From positions 5,023-69,022 of the forward strand of contig CAJUAT010000005.1 in assembly GCA_910584525.1 (NCBI GenBank): a stretch of DNA of 64,000 nt, in the 5' to 3' direction. This DNA comes from an uncultured Muribaculaceae bacterium. Its GTDB lineage: Bacteria; Bacteroidota; Bacteroidia; Bacteroidales; Muribaculaceae. Below are positions 1-9,695 of the stretch, piece after piece (positions within the stretch are counted from its first letter, which is position 1; each line of letters starts with the position of its first letter). The position numbers and the translations under genes are program-made. The notes under the pieces are model-generated. The model searched no databases and was not told where the DNA came from. It saw only the letters and a list, made by a program, of their open reading frames with translations.

Positions 1-212
1 CCCGGCGTAGCCGCCGTCTGGTCGGCCGCCATAGGGGATGCAGTCCTCTGAGCCGCGTTCCTGAATGACGCCGGCTTCATGGTCCGGCGCACTCCCTCGG
101 CAGCTTTCTGCGCCACTGCGTCGTGAAGCTCCGGTAACCCGGCGCTCGCACTCGCAACGCTTACCGCCAATATCCCTATCGCGGCAAGCAGCTTCCTCTT
201 GTTTGTTCTCAT
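1..212 (-). CDS. Secreted protein, N-terminal part (runs off the window start)
   Basis: ATG at 212, open to base 1: MRTNKRKLLAAIGILAVSVASASAGLPE..., a Sec-type signal peptide. Confidence 0.7.
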   Translation of the reverse strand, partial: MRTNKRKLLAAIGILAVSVASASAGLPELHDAVAQKAAEGVRRTMKPASFRNAAQRTASPMAADQTAATP

Positions 213-234
213 AATCGATAAGATTAGTTTCACT

Positions 235-420
235 TAAGTAAGTCATGAAAATTATTACGCATTATAATAGATTTGAAGCTTTGCATTATCGGCGGCATTA
301 TTTCGCCGCTTTTCCCTCTCTTCTTCAGTCGTGTAGCTCGCTACACTCCTTCATCTTCGAGGAAAAATCGACTGAAATAATGCTCCCCGATAATACAAAA
401 TAATTTCCACGACTTACTTA
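235..420. repeat. Long imperfect palindrome (MITE/REP-like)
   Basis: Ends TAAGTAAGTC / GACTTACTTA; arms are complementary over ~60 nt; central GTGTAGC-TC-GCTACAC hairpin at 331-346. Confidence 0.75.
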
Positions 421-624
421 TCCTCGCGTTTATACGGCATCCGTAAGCCGGAGTACCATACTCGCGTTAAGATATTTTTCACAAATTTAATGAAACTTTT
501 CTTTCTCGCAATGAAATCGGATTTTATTAACATCCTGAAATAAAAAATTTCTTAACAGCTCAAAAACCAAAAGACTCTCCAAATCCTTAATAAGATAGAA
601 AAACACAAAAAAAACCACACAAAT

Positions 625-1233
625 ATGAAAAAGATTGTATTCTACCTATGTTACCTTGCAGCTTTGGTAATAGGGATATTGTTTTTGGTCTTCAGCGGAG
701 CGAGCCGTGCGGCAGAAGCACCCGACAGCATCAAGGGCCTGATGATAGCCACGGGCATCATCCTTATCATACCGGGCTTTGTGGTATTGCTGAAATCGCT
801 CATGCCCAAGCGTGACGCCGCCGGCAACGTGGTGACGCGTCCCTGGTACACCACGGCAATCTCCATAGCCTGTCTCGCCTGGGGCATAATGCTTCTATGC
901 ATACCCTCGATGTACAACACTCTCTCCACCACGCTGGGCATAACACTGATTCTCGCCGGTTTCGGCCAGATGGTATTCATCGTCAACAGCTCCCGTCCCT
1001 ACGGGTTGTCGCTGGCATGGTACATAGTGCCTATATGCATGATCTGCGTGGGAGTCATCGACATGACGCTGATCAACGACTACAGCAACGTTGGCGACAG
1101 CAACTGCACCACAGCCATCATCTCCGGCATCATGCTCATCCTGTTCGCGGCCAACGGCTTCGTATCCGTCGGCCGTCGCAAAGCGGCGATGAAGAGCGTG
1201 GACGCCTCAACAAGGGAAATCAACCCCAGATAA
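625..1233 (+). CDS. HdeD/DUF308-like multi-pass membrane protein
   Basis: About 6 hydrophobic helices with repeated G-I-I-L-I / G-I-T-L-I-L-A-G patterns. Confidence 0.6.
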   Translation: MKKIVFYLCYLAALVIGILFLVFSGASRAAEAPDSIKGLMIATGIILIIPGFVVLLKSLMPKRDAAGNVVTRPWYTTAISIACLAWGIMLLCIPSMYNTLSTTLGITLILAGFGQMVFIVNSSRPYGLSLAWYIVPICMICVGVIDMTLINDYSNVGDSNCTTAIISGIMLILFAANGFVSVGRRKAAMKSVDASTREINPR

Positions 1234-1257
1234 TTTGTATAATCTGATACAAAGCAG

Positions 1258-1265
1258 TAATTTTG
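1258..1265 (+). promoter_or_regulatory. Bacteroidetes sigmaA -7 element for rnpB
   Basis: TAATTTTG matches TAnnTTTG just upstream of the RNA. Confidence 0.65.
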
Positions 1266-1289
1266 CATCATCAGCGGCGCAAGCCGCTG

Positions 1290-1649
1290 GCAGAGACGCG
1301 GTCTGTCGCTCCGTCCAAAGGGACGTAGAGGAAAGTCCGGGCAACAAAGAGCACCGCATTTTTTAACGGAAAGCCGGCAGCGATGTCGGGGATAATGTGA
1401 CAGAAAACAACCGCCGGGACCGGCAACGGCCCCGGTAAGGGTGAAAAGGCGGGGTAAGAGCCCACCGGGATGCCGGGTGACCGGCGTCGCCGCACATCCT
1501 GCGGGTTGCAAGGCCAAATATACCGGCAGTCAAGGGCTGCTCGTCCATTGCCGGGGGGTAGGCTGCTATAGCGCGCCGGGCAACCGGCCGTAAAGATAAA
1601 TGACAGACACGGCTCCCGCCGTACATAACCCGGCTTACAACGTCTCTGC
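1290..1649 (+). ncRNA. rnpB: RNase P RNA (type A)
   Basis: GAGGAAAGTCCGGG, GGGTGAAAAGGCGGGGTAAGAGCCCACC, AGATAAATGAC and ACATAACCCGGCTTA motifs; P1 stem GCAGAGACG/CGTCTCTGC. Confidence 0.97.
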
Positions 1650-1658
1650 TTTCTCATC

Positions 1659-1688
1659 ACGGGACTTCGTAGCGAAGTCCCGTTTTTT
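1659..1688 (+). terminator. Intrinsic terminator of rnpB
   Basis: ACGGGACTTCG-TAG-CGAAGTCCCGT followed by a T run. Confidence 0.85.
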
Positions 1689-1712
1689 ATAACCTTGAAT
1701 ACTCCTGCCCTT

Positions 1713-3086
1713 ATGGATACTGCCAAGAAAGAGAGTTTCATTCAACGACTTACCGCCAAGGCCATTGTCTGGTGGAATTATTGCTCCAAGGGAGTATGGG
1801 CCGACCGCCGCCGGTCGCCCGGCGTTCGACTCGTCAAGATTCTGAACCTGTCGGTCAACGCTTTCTTCGACCGCGGCCTGCAGATAAAGTCAATGGCTCT
1901 CACATACTCCACCGTGCTAAGCATAGTGCCCGCCTTCGCCCTGCTCCTTGCCATCGGAAGGGGGTTCGGACTCCAGGACATGATTCAAAACGAACTCTAT
2001 ATCCTCTTCCCCTCACAGCACCAGGTACTCAACGCCTCCCTGAAGTTTGTCGACTCCTATCTCAAGTCGGCCTCCGAAGGCCTGTTTGTCGGCGTGGGAA
2101 TAATCATGCTCCTGTGGACCATTATCTCGCTGCTCTCCTCGATAGAGGATGCCTTCAACTCCATCTGGGACGTGAAACAGGCCCGCAGTTTCTTCCGCAA
2201 AGTCACCGACTATATCACCATCTGTCTGATGGTGCCCGTGCTGCTGATATGCTCCTCGGGTCTGTCGATTTTCATGTCAACCACCGTGCAGGACATATTC
2301 TTTTTCTCCTTCCTGACGCCTGTGGTGAATTTCGTCCTTGAGCTGGCTCCCCTCTTCCTGTCATGGCTTGCATTCACCATATCCTACTGGCTGATTCCCA
2401 ACACGAAGGTCGACTTCAAGTTTGCCGCCATCACCGGCACTGTGGCGGCCATCGGCTTCTATATCGTGCAGTGGCTCTTCATCAACGGACAGGTATACGT
2501 CTCTAAATACAATGCCATCTACGGGTCGTTCGCCTTCCTGCCTCTGTTGCTGATATGGCTTCAGCTGTCGTGGCTGATACTTCTGGCCGGCTGCGTGCTC
2601 ACCTATTCCATGCAGAACATCTTCACCTTCAATTTTCTGGGGAATGAAAACGAGCTTTCGGCCAAGGCCCGTCGGCGCGTGGCCGTCATCGTGATGGCTA
2701 TCATCACGCAGCGGTTTGCCAACGGCGACAAGGCTCTCACACGTTCCGAGCTGGCAGCAGGCTACAACCTCCCCATACGTCTTGTAGGAAGCCTTGTCGA
2801 CACATTCAAGAGCTGCGGCCTTCTCGACTATATCGACAATGAAGGGGGTGAGTTCCGCATAGCTCCCGCCCGCGACATCTCCGGCATGACCGTGGCCGAA
2901 CTCCTGCATGTCTACGACAATGCCGGCATCGTTAACCCCAACCCCGAGTTCGACACCCTCTACGCCCCGGCCATCAAGCTTTTCAATCCCGTCATGAAGA
3001 GTGCCTACAAGATCTACAGCACCCTCCGTCTCGCCGACCTCCCCATCCCCACCCGCGCCGAAGTCCGCAAATCAATGGAAGCATAA
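1713..3086 (+). CDS. YihY/virulence factor BrkB family inner-membrane protein
   Basis: ALTYSTVLSIVP, IEDAFNSIW, YNAIYGSFAFLPLLLIWLQLSW; C-terminal HTH-like region; ATG at 1713 preferred over TTG at 1695. Confidence 0.92.
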   Translation: MDTAKKESFIQRLTAKAIVWWNYCSKGVWADRRRSPGVRLVKILNLSVNAFFDRGLQIKSMALTYSTVLSIVPAFALLLAIGRGFGLQDMIQNELYILFPSQHQVLNASLKFVDSYLKSASEGLFVGVGIIMLLWTIISLLSSIEDAFNSIWDVKQARSFFRKVTDYITICLMVPVLLICSSGLSIFMSTTVQDIFFFSFLTPVVNFVLELAPLFLSWLAFTISYWLIPNTKVDFKFAAITGTVAAIGFYIVQWLFINGQVYVSKYNAIYGSFAFLPLLLIWLQLSWLILLAGCVLTYSMQNIFTFNFLGNENELSAKARRRVAVIVMAIITQRFANGDKALTRSELAAGYNLPIRLVGSLVDTFKSCGLLDYIDNEGGEFRIAPARDISGMTVAELLHVYDNAGIVNPNPEFDTLYAPAIKLFNPVMKSAYKIYSTLRLADLPIPTRAEVRKSMEA

Positions 3087-3116
3087 AGACCCTAAAGACC
3101 TTAAAGACCTTAAAGA
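3084..3116. repeat. 9-bp tandem repeat TAAAGACC(C/T), about 3.7 copies
   Basis: taaagaccc taaagacct taaagacct taaaga, starting at the yihY stop codon. Confidence 0.85.
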
Positions 3117-3119
3117 ATA

Positions 3120-3154
3120 GTCGGACCGGCTCCCGTTACAGGAGTCGGTCCGAC
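3120..3154. terminator. Hairpin between convergent genes
   Basis: GTCGGACCGGCTCC...GGAGTCGGTCCGAC. Confidence 0.65.
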
Positions 3155-3179
3155 AACTTAAAAGGTTATTCAGCGGGAT

Positions 3180-5303
3180 TTAGAAAACGGCCACCTTTGT
3201 AGATTTGCCGTTAACCACCTTGACGTAGATACCTGCCTTGAGGTCGTTTTTGCTGACCTTCATACCCTGGAGGTTGAAGTATACGGCCTCGGCGTCATTG
3301 TCGATGTCAATACCCTCGACAGCCGAAGGTGTAGTGGCAGAAACCGTCTTGAAGGTCTTCCAGCCGTCGGCAGCCTTGTAGGCGGCGATGGAGGCTTCGG
3401 GAACATACAGTGCAGCTTTCTCCACAACATCCTCAAACGCATTGTCAAAGGTTGTGGGAGGCACAATGGCCAGCGAGGTCACCGACGTCACGTTTGAACA
3501 ACCATAAAGCGCCATCATGCCTATTGACTTCAACGTAGCGGGGAAGCTTATAGTAGTGAGAGCCGCGCAGCTGGAGAATGTCATTCTCCCTATACTCTCC
3601 AGACCTTCATTGAGTGTAATGTCCTTGAGAGCCTTGCAGCCATAGAATGTATTGCTTCCAAGCTCTTTCACTGTGGAAGGAAGAACAATTTTCTCGATAC
3701 CCTCGCAGCTCCAGAAAGCGGAGCCGATGCTTTCAAGGCCTTCAGGAAGTGCCATTTCCTTTATTTTAGCACAGTTGGCAAAGGCCTGGTCACCAAGTGT
3801 CTTGAGAGTGGAGGGGAGCGTCACCTTGGTGAGCTTCTTGAAGCCGTAGAAACTGCGGCCGATGGATGTGACTCCCTCGGGAATTACAAGCTCCGTTACG
3901 GCCACATTGTTGACATACACATTACCCCAGGCGCTCTCGCGATAACTGCTGAAAGCATTGTATATGGGATTGGCGTTGCCGTTGGCGAAATCTATGGCGC
4001 ACCATGCGGCAAGATCGGCGATGTATACAGATTTCACGTTCGACATATTGCGGAAAGCATCCGTGCCCACTTTCTTCATGCTGGCGGGGATATGTACCGC
4101 CGTAATCTTGCGGTTAGCCTGGAATGCCTGTGCCTCCACACCCGTGACGGCGAATGTCTTCTCGCCGACTTTGATAGTGGCCGGGATGTTGAGGTCGGTC
4201 AACGTGCCGAGTACCCCTGTCACCAAAGCCTCGTCTTTCTCATTGTCGAGAGAATAGATGATGCCGTCCACAGTGGCATCCGTGGGGAGTGCCGGCTCGA
4301 CAATCTCTGCCGTATAGATATTGAAGTCCACAGTAATCTTGGCCTTCGAGAATGACAGACCTTTATAGGAACCCTGACCGTTGGTGTCGTAGCCTATGAA
4401 CAGGTTGGATGCTGCAGTCATGACGGTGCCGGCATCGCTGACCGAGATGCCGAACTCCGGATCGCGCACCAGACCTCCGGTGGATTTCGAGAACACATAA
4501 TAAATGTCTCTTGCGCCGGTACTCGTTTCATAGAAATCTATAGGCTGGCCGCTCGAAAGGGTAGCCTTGTTAGTGGCCTTGTCGAAAGTGAAGGGCACGT
4601 TGTAACGCTGGCTGTAGAGAAGGTTGCTCAGACCTATTATGCTTATCTCCGACTCTCCCGTACGGGTGGCCAGCATATGCAAGGTGACTGGCATGATTTC
4701 CGTGGTGCCGTTAAGCATCGTCATCGTGATGGATGCATTGCTCTTCACGGCCGTCAGTTCCTGCATCAGAACATTGTAGTACTTAGTCTCATTATAGAGG
4801 AACGTGCAGTAAACACCCTTGTCGAAAGTGATGGTGTCGCCAGATACAGTACCGGTAATCTCGGTGTCGTTATACTGCTGGCCTACAAGAGCGTGCAATG
4901 TTACGTCGCACATCGTCGAGTCCTCCATTTTCTGCTGGCCGATCACCATTCCGGTGGGGATTGTCAACTTGCCGGTAGTGGCGTTGTAGGCAGCCTTTAC
5001 ATCATAGCCCTGGGCAAAACCTTCGAGCAGTATGCTGTCGTTGGCAGCGGCTGTCACTGTGAACTCATAGTTCATGTCGAACTCAGTGTCGTTGAACAGT
5101 GTCACGAAGCTCTTACCTGTCAGCGACGCGGGAGCATCGGCTTTTACGGCGGCGCTGTTAGTGACTGTTTGCGCCGTCGCCGAATATTTCAGCGTCGACA
5201 TCTTGGGTGTCAGCGAGGGCAATTGGGTGCCCTCCTGGATTGTGGCCTGGGCGCTTACACTCAGTGCTGCCCCAAGCATCACAACGAGATACTTGTTGAT
5301 CAT
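3180..5303 (-). CDS. BspA-type leucine-rich repeat (LRR_5) surface protein with T9SS-like C-terminal domain
   Basis: Signal peptide MINKYLVVMLGAALSVSAQA; repeats of LPxxLxxIGxxAFxxC; C-terminus YFNLQGMKV...GIYVKVVNGKSTKVAVF. Confidence 0.85.
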   Translation of the reverse strand: MINKYLVVMLGAALSVSAQATIQEGTQLPSLTPKMSTLKYSATAQTVTNSAAVKADAPASLTGKSFVTLFNDTEFDMNYEFTVTAAANDSILLEGFAQGYDVKAAYNATTGKLTIPTGMVIGQQKMEDSTMCDVTLHALVGQQYNDTEITGTVSGDTITFDKGVYCTFLYNETKYYNVLMQELTAVKSNASITMTMLNGTTEIMPVTLHMLATRTGESEISIIGLSNLLYSQRYNVPFTFDKATNKATLSSGQPIDFYETSTGARDIYYVFSKSTGGLVRDPEFGISVSDAGTVMTAASNLFIGYDTNGQGSYKGLSFSKAKITVDFNIYTAEIVEPALPTDATVDGIIYSLDNEKDEALVTGVLGTLTDLNIPATIKVGEKTFAVTGVEAQAFQANRKITAVHIPASMKKVGTDAFRNMSNVKSVYIADLAAWCAIDFANGNANPIYNAFSSYRESAWGNVYVNNVAVTELVIPEGVTSIGRSFYGFKKLTKVTLPSTLKTLGDQAFANCAKIKEMALPEGLESIGSAFWSCEGIEKIVLPSTVKELGSNTFYGCKALKDITLNEGLESIGRMTFSSCAALTTISFPATLKSIGMMALYGCSNVTSVTSLAIVPPTTFDNAFEDVVEKAALYVPEASIAAYKAADGWKTFKTVSATTPSAVEGIDIDNDAEAVYFNLQGMKVSKNDLKAGIYVKVVNGKSTKVAVF

Positions 5304-5586
5304 TCTTTTGATTGATTTTTTGAAGTTGTTATGATTGTACTGATGTTTATGGGTAACTTGATTGCGCAAAGTTAGTGAAATTTCAATAATCAGACAGTAT
5401 ATTTAACGAATAATATTCAACAGCCTTAAATATTACGGTTATTATGCAACATAATGCATGCAGCTTCACGTGCACTTCATACATTTAACATTTTTTATTC
5501 TACTGCATGAATAAACAACGCCTTTCTCTTCAAGTCTAACTTTTCGTATTAACAGCCAGTTTCCACCAGGCTCACATGTTCTGCAT

Positions 5587-8196
5587 ATGAATATTTGTCG
5601 CATATTGCTCTTTATATCCATGATGGCATTCGCCATGCACGTCTCCGCCGCCGCAGTGCCCGACAGCATTGCCGCGCCCTCCGACAGCATACCCTATGCC
5701 TCCGGCGACAGTATCCCCGACGATGTCAACACCATCATGCTCGACGAGGCCGTGATTACCGTGGTAAAGGCGGCCGTAACCGCCCGTCAGGATACCCTCG
5801 AATTCAATGCCGGCTCTTTCCATACAAACCCGAACGCCTCCGTGGAAGACCTCCTCAAGAAACTTCCCGGCGTCCAGGTCAATGCCGACGGCTCTCTTTC
5901 GTCGGGTGGCAAGACCATTTCAAAGATTCTTGTCGACGGCAAGGAGTTCTTCGCCGACGACCCCAAGATGGCATCAAAGAACCTCCCCTCCGACATGGTG
6001 GACAAAGTGCAGGTGATTGACCGCAAGAGCGAGACGGCACGGCTCACCGGCGTCGATGACGGCGAGGACGAGACCGTGATAAACCTCACCGTAAAAAAGG
6101 GTATGAACAATGGCTGGTTCGGCAACGTCTCAGCCGGTTACGGCACCGACAACCGCTTTGAGTCGACGCTGAACATCAACCGCTTCGTCAACGGAAACCA
6201 GTTCTCGATTGTCGGAGGCGCCAACAACATCAACCAGATGGGCTTCACCGACATGGGGCGCGGACGTTTCATGAATTTCGGCTCTTCCGACGGCATCAAC
6301 ACCAGCGGCAACATCGGGATAAACTTCAACGTAGGCAATGAAGAGAAGTTCCGCATCGGCGGCAACGTGATGTACACCTATACCGACCGCGACTCCCGGA
6401 GCCGTTTCGACAACCAGTATCTCTTTCCCGACTCGGTAAGTTACAGCCGGGGCGGCTCGCTGGCGCGCGACAAGGGACATGCCCTGCGGGCACAGTTCCG
6501 CCTGCAGTGGCAGATCTCTCCCGCCGACATCCTCGACTTCCGGCCCGAGTTCTCATTCAACTCGCGCCGCTCGGAAAGCGCCGACTCCTCGCTGCTCCTC
6601 GCCTCCGCCGACATCAACGACCGCGTGAACCGCAATTATTCCTTACAGGCCAACCGGGGTTTCGACTACAGCGCCTCCGGCCGGCTGATATACACCCACA
6701 AGTTCCTGTCGCGCCCCGGAAGGTCACTGTCGGCACAAGTGGATTACTCCTTCTCCAACAACCGGCAGAAAACCACCTCCTGGAACGACATAACATATTA
6801 CCTGCGCACCGACGACAGCGAACGCCTCTTCCAGTACATCGACAACCGGCAGTGGAGCAACAGCGTCAACGCACGCCTTACATGGACCGAACCGCTTGGC
6901 GACCCGGCCCGCAAGAATTATCTTGAAATAGCCTACCGGGCCTCCCTGCGTTTCAACAATGCCGACCGGCTCACCTACGACCTCCCCGGCGCCGGCTTCA
7001 ACCCCGAGGCGTCAGGACTCCCTCACTATTCCGCGCTACCCGATTCCGCGACGTTCAACAGCAGCCTATCCAACAGCTTCCGAAACCGCTTCTCCACCCA
7101 GGAGCTGCAGCTCGGATACAAGAAAGTGACCGACAAGTACAACCTCAACGCCGGCATCATCTTCTCGCCGTCAAGTTCGGCAAGCGACGACCTTATAGAC
7201 AGCGCCCGCGACATTGACACGCGATGGGTGTTCAACGTGGCCCCTTTCCTCCGCTTCCGCTATAAGTTCAGCAAGCAGATGTCGCTGATGGCCCATTACC
7301 GGGCACGCACCTCCCAGCCCTCGCTGACTCAGCTGCAGCCCGTGGCCGACGTCTCCGACCCGCTAAACATAAAAGTAGGCAATCCCGACCTAAAGCCCAC
7401 GTTCACACAGAGTCTCGCTCTCCATTTCAACAATTTCAATATCGAGAGCCAGCAGTCTCTCTTCGCCGTGGCGCATGCCTCCTTCGCCCTCAACAACATT
7501 GTGGCCCGCACCGTCAGCGACAGCCAGACCGGCGTCAGGACTACTACCTATGCCAATGCCAACGGCAACTGGAACATCTTCGGCATGGTGATGCTCAACC
7601 AGCCCCTGCGCAACAGGAAATGGCGCTTCTCCGCACGGCTAAACGGCCAGTACAGCTCCAACGCCGGATATATCAACGGCGACTTCAACCGCGCGGGAAA
7701 CATGACCCTTTCTCCATCGTTCGGCATGACTTTCTCTTCCGACATTTTCCAGATGACCCTCACTCCGGAATACTCCTTCCAGATGGCCACGAGCTCACTG
7801 GAGCGTCAGCCCGACAGATACAGCCACAACTATGGCTTCAACACCGACGCCTCTCTCTATCTCCCCTTCGGTCTTGAGATAGGAACCGACCTTATGTTCC
7901 GCAAGACCTCAGGCTTCTCCGAAGGCTTCGACAACACCCAATGGCTCTGGAACGCCCGTATATCATACTCAGTGCTCAAGGACAAGTCGCTGACATTCTC
8001 AGTGCGGGCCTACGACATCCTTGGCATGAAGAAGAACGTGACGCGCAGCGTCAGCGCCGGTCTGATCTCCGACAATGAGTACAACGACCTCAGCCGCTAC
8101 GTGATGTTCGGTATAAGCTGGAAATTCAATACCACGGGCAAGAAACAGAACGGCAGAGGACCCAATGGTATGCCTCCGGGTCCTCCGCCTATGTGA
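5587..8196 (+). CDS. Outer-membrane beta-barrel protein (TonB-receptor-like, OMP_b-brl_3 type)
   Basis: DTLEFNA, VEDLLKKLPGV, ILVDGKEFF, GNPDLKP, YDIL and RYVMFGISWKFN motifs. Confidence 0.85.
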   Translation: MNICRILLFISMMAFAMHVSAAAVPDSIAAPSDSIPYASGDSIPDDVNTIMLDEAVITVVKAAVTARQDTLEFNAGSFHTNPNASVEDLLKKLPGVQVNADGSLSSGGKTISKILVDGKEFFADDPKMASKNLPSDMVDKVQVIDRKSETARLTGVDDGEDETVINLTVKKGMNNGWFGNVSAGYGTDNRFESTLNINRFVNGNQFSIVGGANNINQMGFTDMGRGRFMNFGSSDGINTSGNIGINFNVGNEEKFRIGGNVMYTYTDRDSRSRFDNQYLFPDSVSYSRGGSLARDKGHALRAQFRLQWQISPADILDFRPEFSFNSRRSESADSSLLLASADINDRVNRNYSLQANRGFDYSASGRLIYTHKFLSRPGRSLSAQVDYSFSNNRQKTTSWNDITYYLRTDDSERLFQYIDNRQWSNSVNARLTWTEPLGDPARKNYLEIAYRASLRFNNADRLTYDLPGAGFNPEASGLPHYSALPDSATFNSSLSNSFRNRFSTQELQLGYKKVTDKYNLNAGIIFSPSSSASDDLIDSARDIDTRWVFNVAPFLRFRYKFSKQMSLMAHYRARTSQPSLTQLQPVADVSDPLNIKVGNPDLKPTFTQSLALHFNNFNIESQQSLFAVAHASFALNNIVARTVSDSQTGVRTTTYANANGNWNIFGMVMLNQPLRNRKWRFSARLNGQYSSNAGYINGDFNRAGNMTLSPSFGMTFSSDIFQMTLTPEYSFQMATSSLERQPDRYSHNYGFNTDASLYLPFGLEIGTDLMFRKTSGFSEGFDNTQWLWNARISYSVLKDKSLTFSVRAYDILGMKKNVTRSVSAGLISDNEYNDLSRYVMFGISWKFNTTGKKQNGRGPNGMPPGPPPM

Positions 8197-8221
8197 TGGT
8201 AAACTCTTGCCGCCTATGCCT

Positions 8222-9622
8222 TTAGGGGGTCTCTTTCTTGGAGGCTGTCTTCTTGGCAGGTGCTTTCTTAGTGGCACGTTTCTTCGCGGGAGCCGGCTTC
8301 ACGTCGGGAAGGTCCTCATCGTCGGGATTGATGGAGCTGCGCAACGATTTCACCTCCTTGTTGAGCGACGTTATTTCCGCAGCCTGGTTGCGGATGGTCA
8401 GCAACAGCGAGTTGAGCTCTTCGTTGTCGATACCGTCGGGATACTGTTCCTCCACACGCACCAGGAAGTCGGCCAGCACATTCATATAGTTTGTGAAGGC
8501 CGAGAAGGGCGAGTCATAGGGGCTGAATGCGGCATGGCTTGCACCGTCGGCCATATTCTTGGTGCTCATATAGAAGAAGTGGTCGGAGCTCTGGAGATAT
8601 TCCCAGTCCTGTTTGAGCTGGCGGTCGTCGCACAGGCTTACGCGCTCGGCCACGGCATACAGTTTGCCGAGGGCTTCGTTCTGCAGCGTGTTTCCTTTCC
8701 AAGCCGACACGTCGCGAGCCTCGTCGACATCCGATATGGGATAAGGCACGGAAAGCATTCCCACAGGCTTCAGCATCGACACGGCCTCCGAGGGGGTGAC
8801 GAACCGTATGCCCCTTTCGGCGGCAAACTGCGGCAACGCCTTCATGAACTGGAAGATTCCCGTATTGGCAGGGAGGAAAGAGCCGAATACATCCATCGGG
8901 AAGTACAGATTCACGATCTGTTCCTGCTCGGGGAAAGCTGCTATCCAGTCCATGTATTTGTCGGCTGTCAAGGGATAAGCGGGCCATGAGGGATTGTTGA
9001 AGTTGCGGGCCACATCGTCGGCAAGCTTGTCGTTGGTGATGAGGAGACGCAGGTCGGGAGCCGTCTCAGCCTGATAGAGATAGTTCGGCGACTTCCAGCC
9101 CATGATGTGCTTGGCACCGACCGTGATGCAGTTGCGGAAGCCCATGCTCAGCACCTCGCCGGCTATGTCGTCATCGTAGATAAGCTCTGTGTTGGCGAAG
9201 GTCTCCGGAGTCTTGCCGAAGAGGTTGCGGATCATCTCGTCGTGCTTGTAGACCTCACGGCGGAACTCCTCGGGGCTCTCCAGCGACGACAGGGAATGGG
9301 CATATGTGCCCGACAGGAACTCCACACATCCCGTGTCGGCAAGTGCCTTGAGACGGTCGATAAGCTCCGGAACGTACAGCTGCATCTGCTCTACGGCCGT
9401 GCCGCTCAACCCTATGGCGCACTTGAACCCACCGTTGCTCGTGCGGATCATGTCGAGCAACGTGTCGCACATCGGTATGTAGCTCGTCTCCGCAAGCCGA
9501 GTGATGATGTCGTCGTTGGTGAAATCATCGAAATAGTAATGGTCGTTGCCGATGTCGAAGAAACGGTAACGCTTCAGCCGGAACGGCTGATGTATATGGA
9601 AATAGAAACAAACTGATCTCAT
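8222..9622 (-). CDS. Glycoside hydrolase family 57 (alpha-amylase-like)
   Basis: HIHQP, TYAHSL, NTELIY and LQSSDHFFYM motifs; Lys/Ala/Pro-rich tail. Confidence 0.92.
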   Translation of the reverse strand: MRSVCFYFHIHQPFRLKRYRFFDIGNDHYYFDDFTNDDIITRLAETSYIPMCDTLLDMIRTSNGGFKCAIGLSGTAVEQMQLYVPELIDRLKALADTGCVEFLSGTYAHSLSSLESPEEFRREVYKHDEMIRNLFGKTPETFANTELIYDDDIAGEVLSMGFRNCITVGAKHIMGWKSPNYLYQAETAPDLRLLITNDKLADDVARNFNNPSWPAYPLTADKYMDWIAAFPEQEQIVNLYFPMDVFGSFLPANTGIFQFMKALPQFAAERGIRFVTPSEAVSMLKPVGMLSVPYPISDVDEARDVSAWKGNTLQNEALGKLYAVAERVSLCDDRQLKQDWEYLQSSDHFFYMSTKNMADGASHAAFSPYDSPFSAFTNYMNVLADFLVRVEEQYPDGIDNEELNSLLLTIRNQAAEITSLNKEVKSLRSSINPDDEDLPDVKPAPAKKRATKKAPAKKTASKKETP

Positions 9623-9695
9623 TGTCTTCTTTATTATGGTGGCCCGTCGGTTGCAGGCCTGTTTTTACATTAAGGAACGTGCTCTGAATCGATTC

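Noticed and set aside
1080..1741. Minus-strand ORFs over rnpB
   Set aside because: The region is fully explained by RNase P RNA
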